Part shown: in pieces, positions 8,519-17,419 of the stretch
Layout of the letters: each line of letters begins with the position of its first letter
How positions within the stretch are numbered: position 1 is the first letter of the stretch
Assembly (NCBI GenBank): GCA_945833835.1
Contig: CAMAFR010000011.1
Coordinates: 545 to 64,544 of the forward strand
Reading direction: 5' to 3'
DNA length: 64,000 bases
Source of the DNA: an uncultured Bacteroides sp.
Lineage (GTDB): Bacteria; Bacteroidota; Bacteroidia; Bacteroidales; Bacteroidaceae
Translations under genes and position numbers: made by a program
The notes under the pieces: generated by a model
What the model was told of the DNA's origin: nothing
The model's input: only the letters and a program-made list of their open reading frames with translations
Database searches by the model: none

Positions 8519-9949
8519 TTAATCGTTAAGACCTAACCTCCGCTCAATATCTTCGGGTATGTCGTACTCATTGTAATCAAACCACGCACGCATCAGGAGC
8601 ATATCCCTCCAGTCGGGAGAGCAACCGATGTCGTTCTTTATTTCCTCCTTTGGTTTGAGTTTCAGTTTACCGTCCGAATCAGCCTTCCATGTCTGTAGCT
8701 GCTCCAGTTCACGGGCAATTTCCTCCTTATCCGATTCACTGACCAAATCCTCATCAATGCCAACGTCCCCATCGTTGATGTGGTCGGCCAGCTTGTAGCC
8801 GCATTGGGTCTGTAGGTTCTGATAGTTCTCCCCGTTGAACGGTGTAGAGTTGTTGACAAATCCCTCGATGTCGCAGTTGTCAACCACGCCACCGCCCACA
8901 CCGTCCTCATCCACGATGCACCTGTACCTCGGTATTCTGTACTGCCTCTGCCTCGTGTTAATCCATAGCTGAATGTCCGTAGTCCTCGATACGGACATAC
9001 ATTTGAGGTCAATGATATGCCAACCGTCCCACACGGCAATTCGGGCATAGTCAGCACCGAAACGGGCAATATCGCCAGTGATATAGTGAACACCCGTCCG
9101 TTTGGAAATGGTATTGCCGAATATCTGCATGATAGCATCATGGGAGCATAGCGCATTGGGGTTATCATCGTACTCCCAATTTCCCTTGAAGAGGCGTTCA
9201 AACTTCACCTTATCCTTGGTGGTCTTCAACCCTTCAATATAGTCCGGGTCAATGAAGGGATTCTCCTGTACCAAGCAAGACAGATAGTATTGCCACGGGT
9301 TCAGCTCTCCCTTCATGGATGGCTTATAGAAGGTGTCATACATCCAATTCTTCTTGGGGTTACAGGTGATAAACAGCTTGCGCCTTACCCCAAGCTCCCT
9401 GTTGAGGTGTCGGCCTATACGGGTCTTTAGGGTGTCATAAGCACCGAAGTTGACTTCACCGCCTTCTTCAATCCACCCACCTGTATATTCGATGGAGCCG
9501 TAACGCTCATAGAGAGGGTCGCCCGGTTTGTATTGCAAATCCAGCAGGTCGATACGGGAGACGTTGAAGAACTCAATGTAGTTGTACTGACCATTGTAGT
9601 GGTAGAGCTCATCACCGACACCATACCGGGAGCAAACCTTGTAGAAGGTGATTAGCGTTGATTGGGTAATGCGTTTCAGCTCGGCACGTCCAATGAACCA
9701 TTTAGTCCCCGGAAAACAGAGGCACATGAAGAGGAGCCACGCCGCACCCGTCCAAGACTTGGCTCCTCCAGCCGCACCTCCATAAAGAAGCTCCACGTGC
9801 TCCTCATCACAGAGAATACGTAGAGCCTCCTCCTGCTTCTCATGCTTCATCCCGTCCATAACGGTAATGAAGTCGAAGCAACCTCGCTTGAACAGCTCCA
9901 TCTTGACTGCAAGCGACATTGACACGTCCACTTCCCTATTTCTTGCCAT
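8519..9949 (-). CDS. terL: Terminase large subunit
   Basis: YGGAAGGAKS Walker A, IEEG Walker B, TCNP, GDIARFGAD nuclease, SPDWRD. Confidence 0.9.
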   Translation of the reverse strand: MARNREVDVSMSLAVKMELFKRGCFDFITVMDGMKHEKQEEALRILCDEEHVELLYGGAAGGAKSWTGAAWLLFMCLCFPGTKWFIGRAELKRITQSTLITFYKVCSRYGVGDELYHYNGQYNYIEFFNVSRIDLLDLQYKPGDPLYERYGSIEYTGGWIEEGGEVNFGAYDTLKTRIGRHLNRELGVRRKLFITCNPKKNWMYDTFYKPSMKGELNPWQYYLSCLVQENPFIDPDYIEGLKTTKDKVKFERLFKGNWEYDDNPNALCSHDAIMQIFGNTISKRTGVHYITGDIARFGADYARIAVWDGWHIIDLKCMSVSRTTDIQLWINTRQRQYRIPRYRCIVDEDGVGGGVVDNCDIEGFVNNSTPFNGENYQNLQTQCGYKLADHINDGDVGIDEDLVSESDKEEIARELEQLQTWKADSDGKLKLKPKEEIKNDIGCSPDWRDMLLMRAWFDYNEYDIPEDIERRLGLND

Positions 9950-10400
9950 TGAGTTTGTCAAGAAGGGCATTGTACTGAATCAGCTCCTCAGTGGTCAGAG
10001 CCGAAAAGTCCATGCCAAGGTTAGTGACTTGTGCACTCACTTCGCTCTCGATGGGCTGTGTCGCCTTGCCAAACACCCGGTCAAACAGGAGCTCAACCGT
10101 AGAAGTCCGGCCATATCGGACATCAGAATTGATTGCACTGATAACATTGAGCACCCAAATGGGGGTCTTTTTGTTCGGCTTGCCATCTGTACCCTTGGCC
10201 AATCCCTCCAGCGTTTCAGGGGTGCTCTCCATCAAGAACCGGATCACCTTGAAGTAATCTTCCTTACTCATTTCCGGGGCTACCTTCTTCCCCGTAATAT
10301 CCTTGATGTACTTATACACCGATGGCTTCCGGCCAGCATTGGCAGGTTGATTCTCGCTTGTGAACCTGTTACCGAATTTATGCCCCTTTGGAAAAACCAT
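9936..10400 (-). CDS. Putative terminase small subunit
   Basis: FPKGHKFGNRF..NQP..GRKP N-terminus, LFDRVFGKA; directly upstream of terL. Confidence 0.7.
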   Translation of the reverse strand: MVFPKGHKFGNRFTSENQPANAGRKPSVYKYIKDITGKKVAPEMSKEDYFKVIRFLMESTPETLEGLAKGTDGKPNKKTPIWVLNVISAINSDVRYGRTSTVELLFDRVFGKATQPIESEVSAQVTNLGMDFSALTTEELIQYNALLDKLNGKK

Positions 10401-10421
10401 CTTATTGTTTCCTTATTGTTT

Positions 10422-10442
10422 TGTGTGTCTATCAAACACATA
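10422..10442. promoter_or_regulatory. Palindromic operator TGTGTGTCT-ATC-AAACACATA
   Basis: Upstream of terS; same motif as 997-1017 and 12895-12915. Confidence 0.6.
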
Positions 10443-10457
10443 TTAAAAGCAAAGGAA

Positions 10458-10486
10458 AATCAGACAATCCTTCCGGCTGTCTGATT
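10458..10486 (-). terminator. Hairpin terminator after 75-aa gene
   Basis: AATCAGACA...TGTCTGATT stem with T-rich tail on minus strand. Confidence 0.5.
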
Positions 10487-10501
10487 CCTTCACTCAGTAA
10501 A

Positions 10502-10729
10502 TTATTCCGTGATTCCTTCTTGGTCTTTGTACTTGTTCCAAAGCCACAGAATCATATCACCTTCCAGTTCATCGTAGGCATTCAGCTCATCCAAGAGAGC
10601 TTCTGCCTTGTCGATTACACTTGTGAGGTGTTTCTGTTGTTCGTCAGTAGCGTTCCACACCTCAATTTCTCCGTTGAGCTGCTGCTTGATTACCTTAATC
10701 TCGTCAGCCGATAATTCAATCTTCTTCAT
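10502..10729 (-). CDS. Small acidic protein, candidate antitoxin/immunity
   Basis: 75 aa, about 18 D/E vs 8 K; own -7 box TATTTTTG at 10762-10769. Confidence 0.65.
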   Translation of the reverse strand: MKKIELSADEIKVIKQQLNGEIEVWNATDEQQKHLTSVIDKAEALLDELNAYDELEGDMILWLWNKYKDQEGITE

Positions 10730-10770
10730 GTTGCATTCAGTTTTTTAGTTTGATTTTGGTACAAAAATAG

Positions 10771-11376
10771 TTATAACTTGTATTTCTTGCAAATCTCCTT
10801 CACCCTGTTGGTGTATTTGTCACTCTTACCATGTACGGTCTTGGTCACGGTCTCTGCCCAAAACTCGTCCACATTCGTATGAGCATACTTACCATAGCCA
10901 GTCTTTTTCTTATCGGCAACCCACTTCTTGTAGAGTGCCTGTATCTCTTTGCCAGCCGCCTTTTGATTGGCTCCACTAAGAGAGGAGTTCCATGTAGCGT
11001 GCGCCAGCTCATGCGTGACGGTGTGCGCCAGTGGCTTGTTAGTCTTGGTATGCCAGCCCGATGTATAGCCCCTGTTCGTCTGTGCCTTCACTGCCTTGGC
11101 TCCTTGGTTGAAATACTTTTTATTGAGGTAGATGCCCTCTGATTTTCCACCGGAAGACACTTGTACGCCCAATGTTCCGGCAGAGAGCGTTGCCAGCTTC
11201 ACGTTCCTTTCCCTCACGCCAAGCACGGCATGATAGCGTGAAATGGCCTCCTTTGTTGCCTTGTACATTGCAGCATCCTTCATCTTCACCAACGATTCCA
11301 CATTCTTGATGGAACCCTTATAGTCACTATCTCCGGGTTGCAAGCCTCCCCTGTTTCCGCTTGATGTTCTTCCCAT
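10771..11376 (-). CDS. Basic HEXXH (zincin-like) protein
   Basis: THELAH...YGKYA..NVDEFWAE; start MGRTSSGNRGG. Confidence 0.7.
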   Translation of the reverse strand: MGRTSSGNRGGLQPGDSDYKGSIKNVESLVKMKDAAMYKATKEAISRYHAVLGVRERNVKLATLSAGTLGVQVSSGGKSEGIYLNKKYFNQGAKAVKAQTNRGYTSGWHTKTNKPLAHTVTHELAHATWNSSLSGANQKAAGKEIQALYKKWVADKKKTGYGKYAHTNVDEFWAETVTKTVHGKSDKYTNRVKEICKKYKL

Positions 11377-11377
11377 G

Positions 11378-12442
11378 TTATTTCTTTTTAGCGTTAATGA
11401 AATCACTGACATACAGCAAGCCCTTCTCTTGGCAGAACCTCTTTATTTCCTTGCCACCTCCATACACGATGAGGTTAGGCTTTTCAAGGCCGCTTATCTC
11501 TTGGGCTACCTGTAGGTCAGACTTTAGGCTTTCCATCCATCCGTCCAGCCCACGGGTAAAGAAAGCGTTATATCCTTGGGGTATTCCCATCTTGTTATAC
11601 TCGATGAACTTGTGAGCCACGTTGAGGTCAGCGAAGACCTTCACACCGCACTCCTGTAGATACCGGGAGAGCCAACGCTTCTTGTAGATGAGCTGGATGC
11701 CCCACGCTATAGGCGTTTGGTCGTGACAGCTACAATTGGGCTCCACAATAGCCTTGCATCCGCTTGTAAGCAGTTTGATAGGGTCTTTCCACAAGGCTTC
11801 AAAGCGGTAATCATCCACATAGAAGTGATACGTTGCCGCATCCTTGCGAAGCCTGCTCTCCGCTCCCCAAGGGACAAAGGGCAGCTCCAGCTTCCCGGCT
11901 TGCATATCCAGCAGGAGGTTAGGTATCTCAAAGTCATTGTCGCTATCATAGAGCACATCTTTCAGCTTTTCACGGAACGGCTTTTCATCCACGGAGGAGG
12001 TATCTTCATCCTCCTTATCACCGCCTTCCTCCTCTTCCTGCTTATCATCTTCCCCAAGGTCGGGTATGGTCAGTCCGGCAAAGTCAAAGTCGTAGTCGGC
12101 AAAAGCATCATCCAAGCGGAGGGTGTCGAAATCCCAATCCCCGTTGTTGATGTTGTCACGGATGATGATGTCTGCCTCCTCTTCGGGAGTGAGCTCGGAA
12201 TAAACGACAACCGGGACTTCTTCAAGACCCAGCTTCTTTGCAGCCTTCAACCTCTGGTTGCCTCCCAGCACCACCAGCTTTCCGTCCTTCTCCGTCACCG
12301 CCATTGGTCTGTGCGGCCAAAAGCCGTTGATACGGATGCTGTCAACAAGCCGGTCTAAGTCTGCCTTCGTTATCTTCCTCGGATTGGTGGCCAGCAGGCT
12401 CAGCATCTTCGGATCCATCCATTGGGTCTCACTGCTCCTCAT
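11378..12442 (-). CDS. ParB N-terminal domain fused to DUF4417-like domain
   Basis: NPRKI..LVDSI..GGNQRLKAA..DN; acidic linker; YHFYVDDYRFEALW..EPNCS..IYKKRW..QECG. Confidence 0.8.
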   Translation of the reverse strand: MRSSETQWMDPKMLSLLATNPRKITKADLDRLVDSIRINGFWPHRPMAVTEKDGKLVVLGGNQRLKAAKKLGLEEVPVVVYSELTPEEEADIIIRDNINNGDWDFDTLRLDDAFADYDFDFAGLTIPDLGEDDKQEEEEGGDKEDEDTSSVDEKPFREKLKDVLYDSDNDFEIPNLLLDMQAGKLELPFVPWGAESRLRKDAATYHFYVDDYRFEALWKDPIKLLTSGCKAIVEPNCSCHDQTPIAWGIQLIYKKRWLSRYLQECGVKVFADLNVAHKFIEYNKMGIPQGYNAFFTRGLDGWMESLKSDLQVAQEISGLEKPNLIVYGGGKEIKRFCQEKGLLYVSDFINAKKK

Positions 12443-12860
12443 CTTCGCCGCCCTCCTCACTTACGTTGAACTCATCCACGGGCAACTGTCCGTCTTCATC
12501 CGGCCATCCATACCATTTGCGCAGAAATTCGGCGATGCGCACCAGCCTGTAATGTCGGCGGCACATCACGCATGTAAACCTGCTGCCGTCCATCTTGTCG
12601 TATGCGGTCGTGTAGAACTTGCCCCGGAAGTCCACGGGAACGGAGACACGGCCATATATGATGATGTCGTCACCTGTTATCCCTGTTATAGTGGCGCACC
12701 TGTTGTAACAGCCATCAATGTATATGAAAATCCGTGTCCCATTACCCATGTACCTCTTGGGCATCATCCTGTATAGGAATCTGCCTACTCTCTTGCCACG
12801 TGCCAATAGCACCAAGGCCACAACTGCCAATATACTGATACTAATACCTATTGAAAACAT
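12429..12860 (-). CDS. Hypothetical protein with N-terminal TM segment
   Basis: Start reassigned to MFSIGISISILAVVALVLL, downstream of -7 box at 12881-12888. Confidence 0.6.
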   Translation of the reverse strand: MFSIGISISILAVVALVLLARGKRVGRFLYRMMPKRYMGNGTRIFIYIDGCYNRCATITGITGDDIIIYGRVSVPVDFRGKFYTTAYDKMDGSRFTCVMCRRHYRLVRIAEFLRKWYGWPDEDGQLPVDEFNVSEEGGEDEEQ

Positions 12861-12880
12861 ATCCAACCATTCTGTATTTG

Positions 12881-12915
12881 CAAATATACCAATAAATGTG
12901 TTTATAAGACACATT
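12881..12915 (-). promoter_or_regulatory. Promoter (TATATTTG) with palindromic operator AATGTGTTT-ATA-AGACACATT
   Basis: -7 box 12881-12888; palindrome 12895-12915. Confidence 0.65.
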
Positions 12916-12929
12916 ATCATGCAAAATAA

Positions 12930-13370
12930 TCATAATCCGAACACAAGCATCGCAGCATCCCTATTATGCTCGTTGGTAGCTGGCATCCAGCCCGTAATCC
13001 GTTTGAACTGCTCTCGTGTCAGCTTGGTCTTGTTGCGTTTGGGGGCAACCATTTCGTAGCCCACCCCCAAATCTTGCAAGAAGTCCTCCCAAATGGTTGC
13101 GTCACGCTTCACGGAGCCTACTCCTTGGAGCTTTTTCCGCTCCTCCTCCCGGCTCATGCGCTCGGTTCCGTACCATGTCCTTTGCCTTGGGTCTTCCACC
13201 CGGACAACCAACCGCTCGGCATTGCCATGCTTGTAACGCTCTGCGGCTTCCCTCACCAGTTCTATGGCCTCATGTATCTTCATGGTCTTCACCAGGACAA
13301 AGGAACGCTTCCTGTTGTCCCACACGGCCACTCCTGTATTCACTCCTGTATCAATTCCTATGTAGAGCAT
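12930..13370 (-). CDS. RuvC-like Holliday junction resolvase
   Basis: IGIDTG..TGVAV, VEDP, NEHNRDAAML. Confidence 0.75.
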   Translation of the reverse strand: MLYIGIDTGVNTGVAVWDNRKRSFVLVKTMKIHEAIELVREAAERYKHGNAERLVVRVEDPRQRTWYGTERMSREEERKKLQGVGSVKRDATIWEDFLQDLGVGYEMVAPKRNKTKLTREQFKRITGWMPATNEHNRDAAMLVFGL

Positions 13371-13372
13371 GG

Positions 13373-13852
13373 CTATTCCTCCTCTGTCTGATTGGCTGGC
13401 ATTTCGTAGAGCATCACACTTCTCTTGTTGACCATTTCACGGGGAGGCAGCATCATAGTTACCATGATGTCGTTGGGCAGGAACTTGTACCGTATCTGCT
13501 TGATGATGGGCAACGTGATTGGCTGCTCGGATAGAATCTGTAGCACCCAAAGTCCATTGTCTTCATCACGGGCTACCTTCACCACACAGGCAGAATGTAG
13601 GAATGTTCCTTCCCTATACGCACCGTATGCGTCTGCATCCACATAGCTGTTGTCTGCCGATTCTTGCAGCTCCTCTTTGAACTCCTTGTTCATTCTGTTG
13701 GCCTTCTTCCTAAAGTATTCAGACCATTCGATTTGCCCTCTCATGCTCTTGTTGGCTTGGGCTATTACTTGGTTCTTGGCCTCTTCACTCATTCGATACT
13801 CTTGCCTGTTGTTGTCTTCATCCAACACTCCGTTAAATACTTCTTTTTCCAT
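13373..13852 (-). CDS. Hypothetical phage protein
   Basis: 159-aa ORF in operon. Confidence 0.7.
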   Translation of the reverse strand: MEKEVFNGVLDEDNNRQEYRMSEEAKNQVIAQANKSMRGQIEWSEYFRKKANRMNKEFKEELQESADNSYVDADAYGAYREGTFLHSACVVKVARDEDNGLWVLQILSEQPITLPIIKQIRYKFLPNDIMVTMMLPPREMVNKRSVMLYEMPANQTEEE

Positions 13853-13863
13853 ACAATTGAAAT

Positions 13864-14187
13864 TTAATGTTGATTATTACGTTTCTCTTTTTCGATGTGT
13901 AGTAGTGCAATGGCATTCCATACCACCTGCGCAAGATGGATGCACCCGGTTTCTTCATCCGTCCAATTGCCCTTCTCAAACTCCAACAGGTGACGGAACA
14001 TGGCCGCCTTGTAGCGTTGGTAGCCGTTGGGGAGCTTCTGCCAATGGTCAACACCATACTTCTGCGCTCCGGCAGTGAATACCCTCACAACATCCTCGAC
14101 ATCCTGTAGGGGCAACAGCTCCCACATCAGTTTCCCGTCCTTGCGGTCGTTCTTACGGGCTACCTGTGATTCATTCTCTTTCTCCAT
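13864..14187 (-). CDS. DUF5664 / dATP-dGTP diphosphohydrolase-like protein
   Basis: KNDRKDGKLMWELLP..VFTAGAQKYG..W...AAMFRHL..DEETG.IHLAQVVWNA. Confidence 0.8.
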   Translation of the reverse strand: MEKENESQVARKNDRKDGKLMWELLPLQDVEDVVRVFTAGAQKYGVDHWQKLPNGYQRYKAAMFRHLLEFEKGNWTDEETGCIHLAQVVWNAIALLHIEKEKRNNQH

Positions 14188-14401
14188 GTTCCAATCTGTT
14201 TTCCCTGTACCACTTCGCATACTTCTCGTTACACTTGCGCTTGGGGACAAGCAATGTGATATGGCTGTTGATACGCAATGGATATAACCATCTCTCCCGC
14301 TTTCTCTGATTCATAACTGCCTGCTCCACGCCTATACTGTTGGCGTTAGAATCTTGTTTTTGGCATGGCTTTTTTGCAATTTTCTTCTTTACCGTTTTCA
14401 T
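14171..14401 (-). CDS. Hypothetical basic protein
   Basis: 76 aa, overlaps neighbours. Confidence 0.55.
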   Translation of the reverse strand: MKTVKKKIAKKPCQKQDSNANSIGVEQAVMNQRKRERWLYPLRINSHITLLVPKRKCNEKYAKWYRENRLEHGERE

Positions 14402-15069
14402 ATCAAATCATATTCTGCCTGTAAAAGGCGGTTGTACATTACCTTGATACCATTTCTCACGTGCTCATTGGCGAAGTCAAACTTCCCGGCATCCCCGGCA
14501 ATTGCCTCCATGTATTGGTGCAACTTCGCCATCATGGGAATGCGGATGCTCTGCCTGTTCTCTCCAATGCGCTCATACAACATCTTGTCCATCCTCCTGT
14601 TGTGCTCGTCCAGCAGGTCAATGAAGAGCATGGCAATGATAGCCTTGCTTCTCATGGTGTCGTATGGATAGTTTGGGAGCTTTTTTTTGAACTCTCCGTT
14701 GACTGAGAAGTACAGCAGTGCAAAGTCACGTCCGTACTCCATCATGAATTTGTCCGTCTGTGTCTCGATGGTCTTGCGATGCCTGTAGTCCAGATCATCC
14801 AGCAGGCTATGCTCGTACTCCTTACGCAGCTTCTTGACGGATCTGCTTATCGGGAGCAGGAGAGACACTTTTTGGGCCGCAGCCTCCGATAGCACCTCTT
14901 CAACATACTTCCAAATGATATGGGCAATCACACACGGGTAGAAGGCCATCCTCACCTGTTCTTCGTGCGTCAGCTCCGTTTGCATCCGCTTGGTGTCAAT
15001 TTCCTCCTGCTTCTCCCTCAGAATGGGAGGGAGTGTCCCAATGCTTGCCATATATTGCTGTCTGTTCAT
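14398..15069 (-). CDS. Hypothetical phage protein
   Basis: 223-aa ORF. Confidence 0.75.
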   Translation of the reverse strand: MNRQQYMASIGTLPPILREKQEEIDTKRMQTELTHEEQVRMAFYPCVIAHIIWKYVEEVLSEAAAQKVSLLLPISRSVKKLRKEYEHSLLDDLDYRHRKTIETQTDKFMMEYGRDFALLYFSVNGEFKKKLPNYPYDTMRSKAIIAMLFIDLLDEHNRRMDKMLYERIGENRQSIRIPMMAKLHQYMEAIAGDAGKFDFANEHVRNGIKVMYNRLLQAEYDLI

Positions 15070-15099
15070 CTTTCACGTCTTTTATGATACTTTCTCGTT

Positions 15100-15912
15100 T
15101 TACCCATTGTCAGCCTCCTTCTTGTACTCACGCATGGCCTTTGCAAGGCTCCCGTGCTTATCCAGCAATCTTGCCACCTTGTCCACGTCCACGATGTTCT
15201 TGCCATCCATGTAAGCCCATACCTTGCGCAACGCTTCCGCAATGGCCTTGGCCTCCTTGGATTCTCTGAGGGAGCCCAGCACCTCCTTGGCGGTCGCCTT
15301 GCCCTGCCCGGCCTCCAGTGCGCTCTTTGCAGCCTTCACCTGCTCTCCTTCGCTCCCGTAGTTGGCCGTTATCTCCTTTGCCGCCTTCGCACTCATTTCT
15401 CCCCTCATCACCTTCTCCTGTAGGTAGGGAGGGAGGTCAAGCAGAGAGAGACACTTGCACACATAGGCAGGGCTCTTCTTAAATTTCCCGGCTATCTCCA
15501 CTTGGCTGTAGCCGAACTCCTCCTTAAACCTACGGAACATCAGCGCACATTCGTACTCAGTGAACCGCTTGCCCTCGTTGCGCATCATCTGCTGGATATA
15601 CAACTCTTCTGTTGACAAATCCTGACGGGCTTTCATCGCCTTAACATACGGAATGTCAGCACCCTCTTCAATGGCTAACATGGTAGCCCTGTATCTGCGC
15701 TCTCCATCCACCAGCTTGTACTTCTCGTTCCCGTTCTCATCCCGGAATGCTATCACCGTTATGGGATTGAGCACTCCTTTCTCCTTGATTTGCTCCTTCA
15801 ACTCATCCAAATCAAAGTCCCTGCGGACATTGAATCCGTCCACCACAACTATGTTCCTTGGGTCTATGAGGAACAAATCGGTATTCTTGGTTTTGTTTGT
15901 CTCTTCCGTCAT
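15100..15912 (-). CDS. ParB/Spo0J-like protein
   Basis: GVLNPITV, LVDGERRYRA, HTH FGYSQVEIAGKFKKS. Confidence 0.85.
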   Translation of the reverse strand: MTEETNKTKNTDLFLIDPRNIVVVDGFNVRRDFDLDELKEQIKEKGVLNPITVIAFRDENGNEKYKLVDGERRYRATMLAIEEGADIPYVKAMKARQDLSTEELYIQQMMRNEGKRFTEYECALMFRRFKEEFGYSQVEIAGKFKKSPAYVCKCLSLLDLPPYLQEKVMRGEMSAKAAKEITANYGSEGEQVKAAKSALEAGQGKATAKEVLGSLRESKEAKAIAEALRKVWAYMDGKNIVDVDKVARLLDKHGSLAKAMREYKKEADNG

Positions 15913-16136
15913 TTTACGTGTCCTGTTTCGATTAACCTCAGAAGGTCATTCCTGTTACACAAATCATCGTTGTCATAGTCGTAGAAGTAGGATTCATTCT
16001 CTTCCATGAAGTCATATATAGCAGAATCGCAACCCCTTCCGTCACAGACACCATCGTTGATATTCTCATCGTTGAGTGGGCAAAACAAGCAGAGATAACC
16101 GCCTAACTGCTCTTTCAGTCGCTCGTTGCCACGCAT
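15909..16136 (-). CDS. Small Cys/Asp-rich hypothetical protein
   Basis: 75 aa, CLFC..CDGRGC. Confidence 0.55.
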   Translation of the reverse strand: MRGNERLKEQLGGYLCLFCPLNDENINDGVCDGRGCDSAIYDFMEENESYFYDYDNDDLCNRNDLLRLIETGHVK

Positions 16137-16139
16137 AGC

Positions 16140-16595
16140 TCAATACTTGAAGTCGGTGAATTGAATCACAACACCCTCGAAGTAGTTCTCTTTTCTGCTT
16201 CCAATGAACCAGTCAACGAACTCTTCCACGGTCATTCCGTCATTCTTGGCCACGGTCTCAATGTCCTGCGCCTTACCGTCAATCCACACCTGCGGAATGG
16301 AATCCCCGGAGTTGTAGGTCATTGTCACCTTCTGCAGCCCTATCTTCTCCACCTTGGCAATCTCCCTCTGCTCCGAATTGTACGGTCTGCCCGTCCACTG
16401 GCGCAAGGAGAGATATTTCCTGCCCTCGCTTATGTCCTTGAACCGCTTTGCCCACACGTCATTCCCGTTGTAGCGGATGGTGTGTATCTTCCGGCCATCC
16501 TTCACCTTGGCCTCGAAGTCCGTTGCTTCCCCGGCCTTCCTGTGCCCTTTCGGAAATACCCTACAGAGCGAAACAATCACTTTCTTTTTCTCCAT
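16140..16595 (-). CDS. Putative ASCH/PUA-like protein
   Basis: DGRKIHTIR and AKNDG..EEFVDWF resemble ASCH motifs. Confidence 0.55.
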   Translation of the reverse strand: MEKKKVIVSLCRVFPKGHRKAGEATDFEAKVKDGRKIHTIRYNGNDVWAKRFKDISEGRKYLSLRQWTGRPYNSEQREIAKVEKIGLQKVTMTYNSGDSIPQVWIDGKAQDIETVAKNDGMTVEEFVDWFIGSRKENYFEGVVIQFTDFKY

Positions 16596-16621
16596 GTCAT
16601 ATACCCGTTTACTTGGTCAAC

Positions 16622-17419
16622 TCACTTCCTCCGGCTGCCTCCCCGAAGCTCTATCACATTGAAGGACTTGAAGCGGTCAACCAACCTGCCCTCAAACCGT
16701 GTTTTTAGCTCCCTCACGGACAGATTGCTCGTGATGTGATACCTCTTACCCTGCTGCTGGTAAATCTCGTATCTGGCGAACAGAAATTCGTCTGTGACCT
16801 TCGTCAGCTCGGTGCCGAAGCTCTTGACCTTCTCGGTCATCAGCCCAAGGTCATTGAGGCAGACGTTTACGGGTGTCCCGTCAAACGAATCCTTTGCCGC
16901 CGCCTCGTTGTACGTGAATTTGTCTATATGGCCGTTCAGCTTGTAGTAGTTCATAAGCTGGGTGGCCGATATGTTCGCAAAGGCATTGTCGTTACGGGTC
17001 ATGCGGAGATAGTCAGCGAACACTTGCATGAGCAAGGTCTTGCCTGTCCCCGGCTCGCCTATCAGCAGGATGTTCTTGTGCAGCTTGTACCGCTCGCCCG
17101 GGAAGACACCCTCTGCCAGCTTGCACCCGTTGAAGTAGTAGGTGAGGAACCTCAGCACATTGCGGTTGTGCTCATCCACCACAAACTCACCGTACTCACG
17201 CAGCATGTAGCTGTCGGCAATGCCTTTGATCAACTTAGCGTGCAAATCGTATTGCTCATCGTCTGTCAGGTCGTACTTAAAACCTCTCAGAATAGTCCTG
17301 CGATGGTTGTTGAGCTGCGTCACTGCCTGCTCCATCGTCAGTTTTGCCCGTTGGTCTTGAAATTGGCGGATAATCTCTAAAGCCATATCCTCCGTCAGTC
17401 TGTTTCCGTTGATTTCCAT
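16622..17419 (-). CDS. P-loop ATPase, DnaC-like helicase loader
   Basis: GEPGTGKT, LNDLG, HITSNLS, RLVDRF; follows initiator gene. Confidence 0.8.
   Translation of the reverse strand: MEINGNRLTEDMALEIIRQFQDQRAKLTMEQAVTQLNNHRRTILRGFKYDLTDDEQYDLHAKLIKGIADSYMLREYGEFVVDEHNRNVLRFLTYYFNGCKLAEGVFPGERYKLHKNILLIGEPGTGKTLLMQVFADYLRMTRNDNAFANISATQLMNYYKLNGHIDKFTYNEAAAKDSFDGTPVNVCLNDLGLMTEKVKSFGTELTKVTDEFLFARYEIYQQQGKRYHITSNLSVRELKTRFEGRLVDRFKSFNVIELRGGSRRK

Noticed and set aside
13864..14187. Z-genome (2-aminoadenine) pathway
   Set aside because: Only DUF5664 present; no purZ, datZ or polymerase visible
17277..17419. 143-bp overlap of initiator and ATPase genes as a frameshift signal
   Set aside because: Both ORFs have their own plausible start and stop; such overlaps are common in phage initiator/loader pairs
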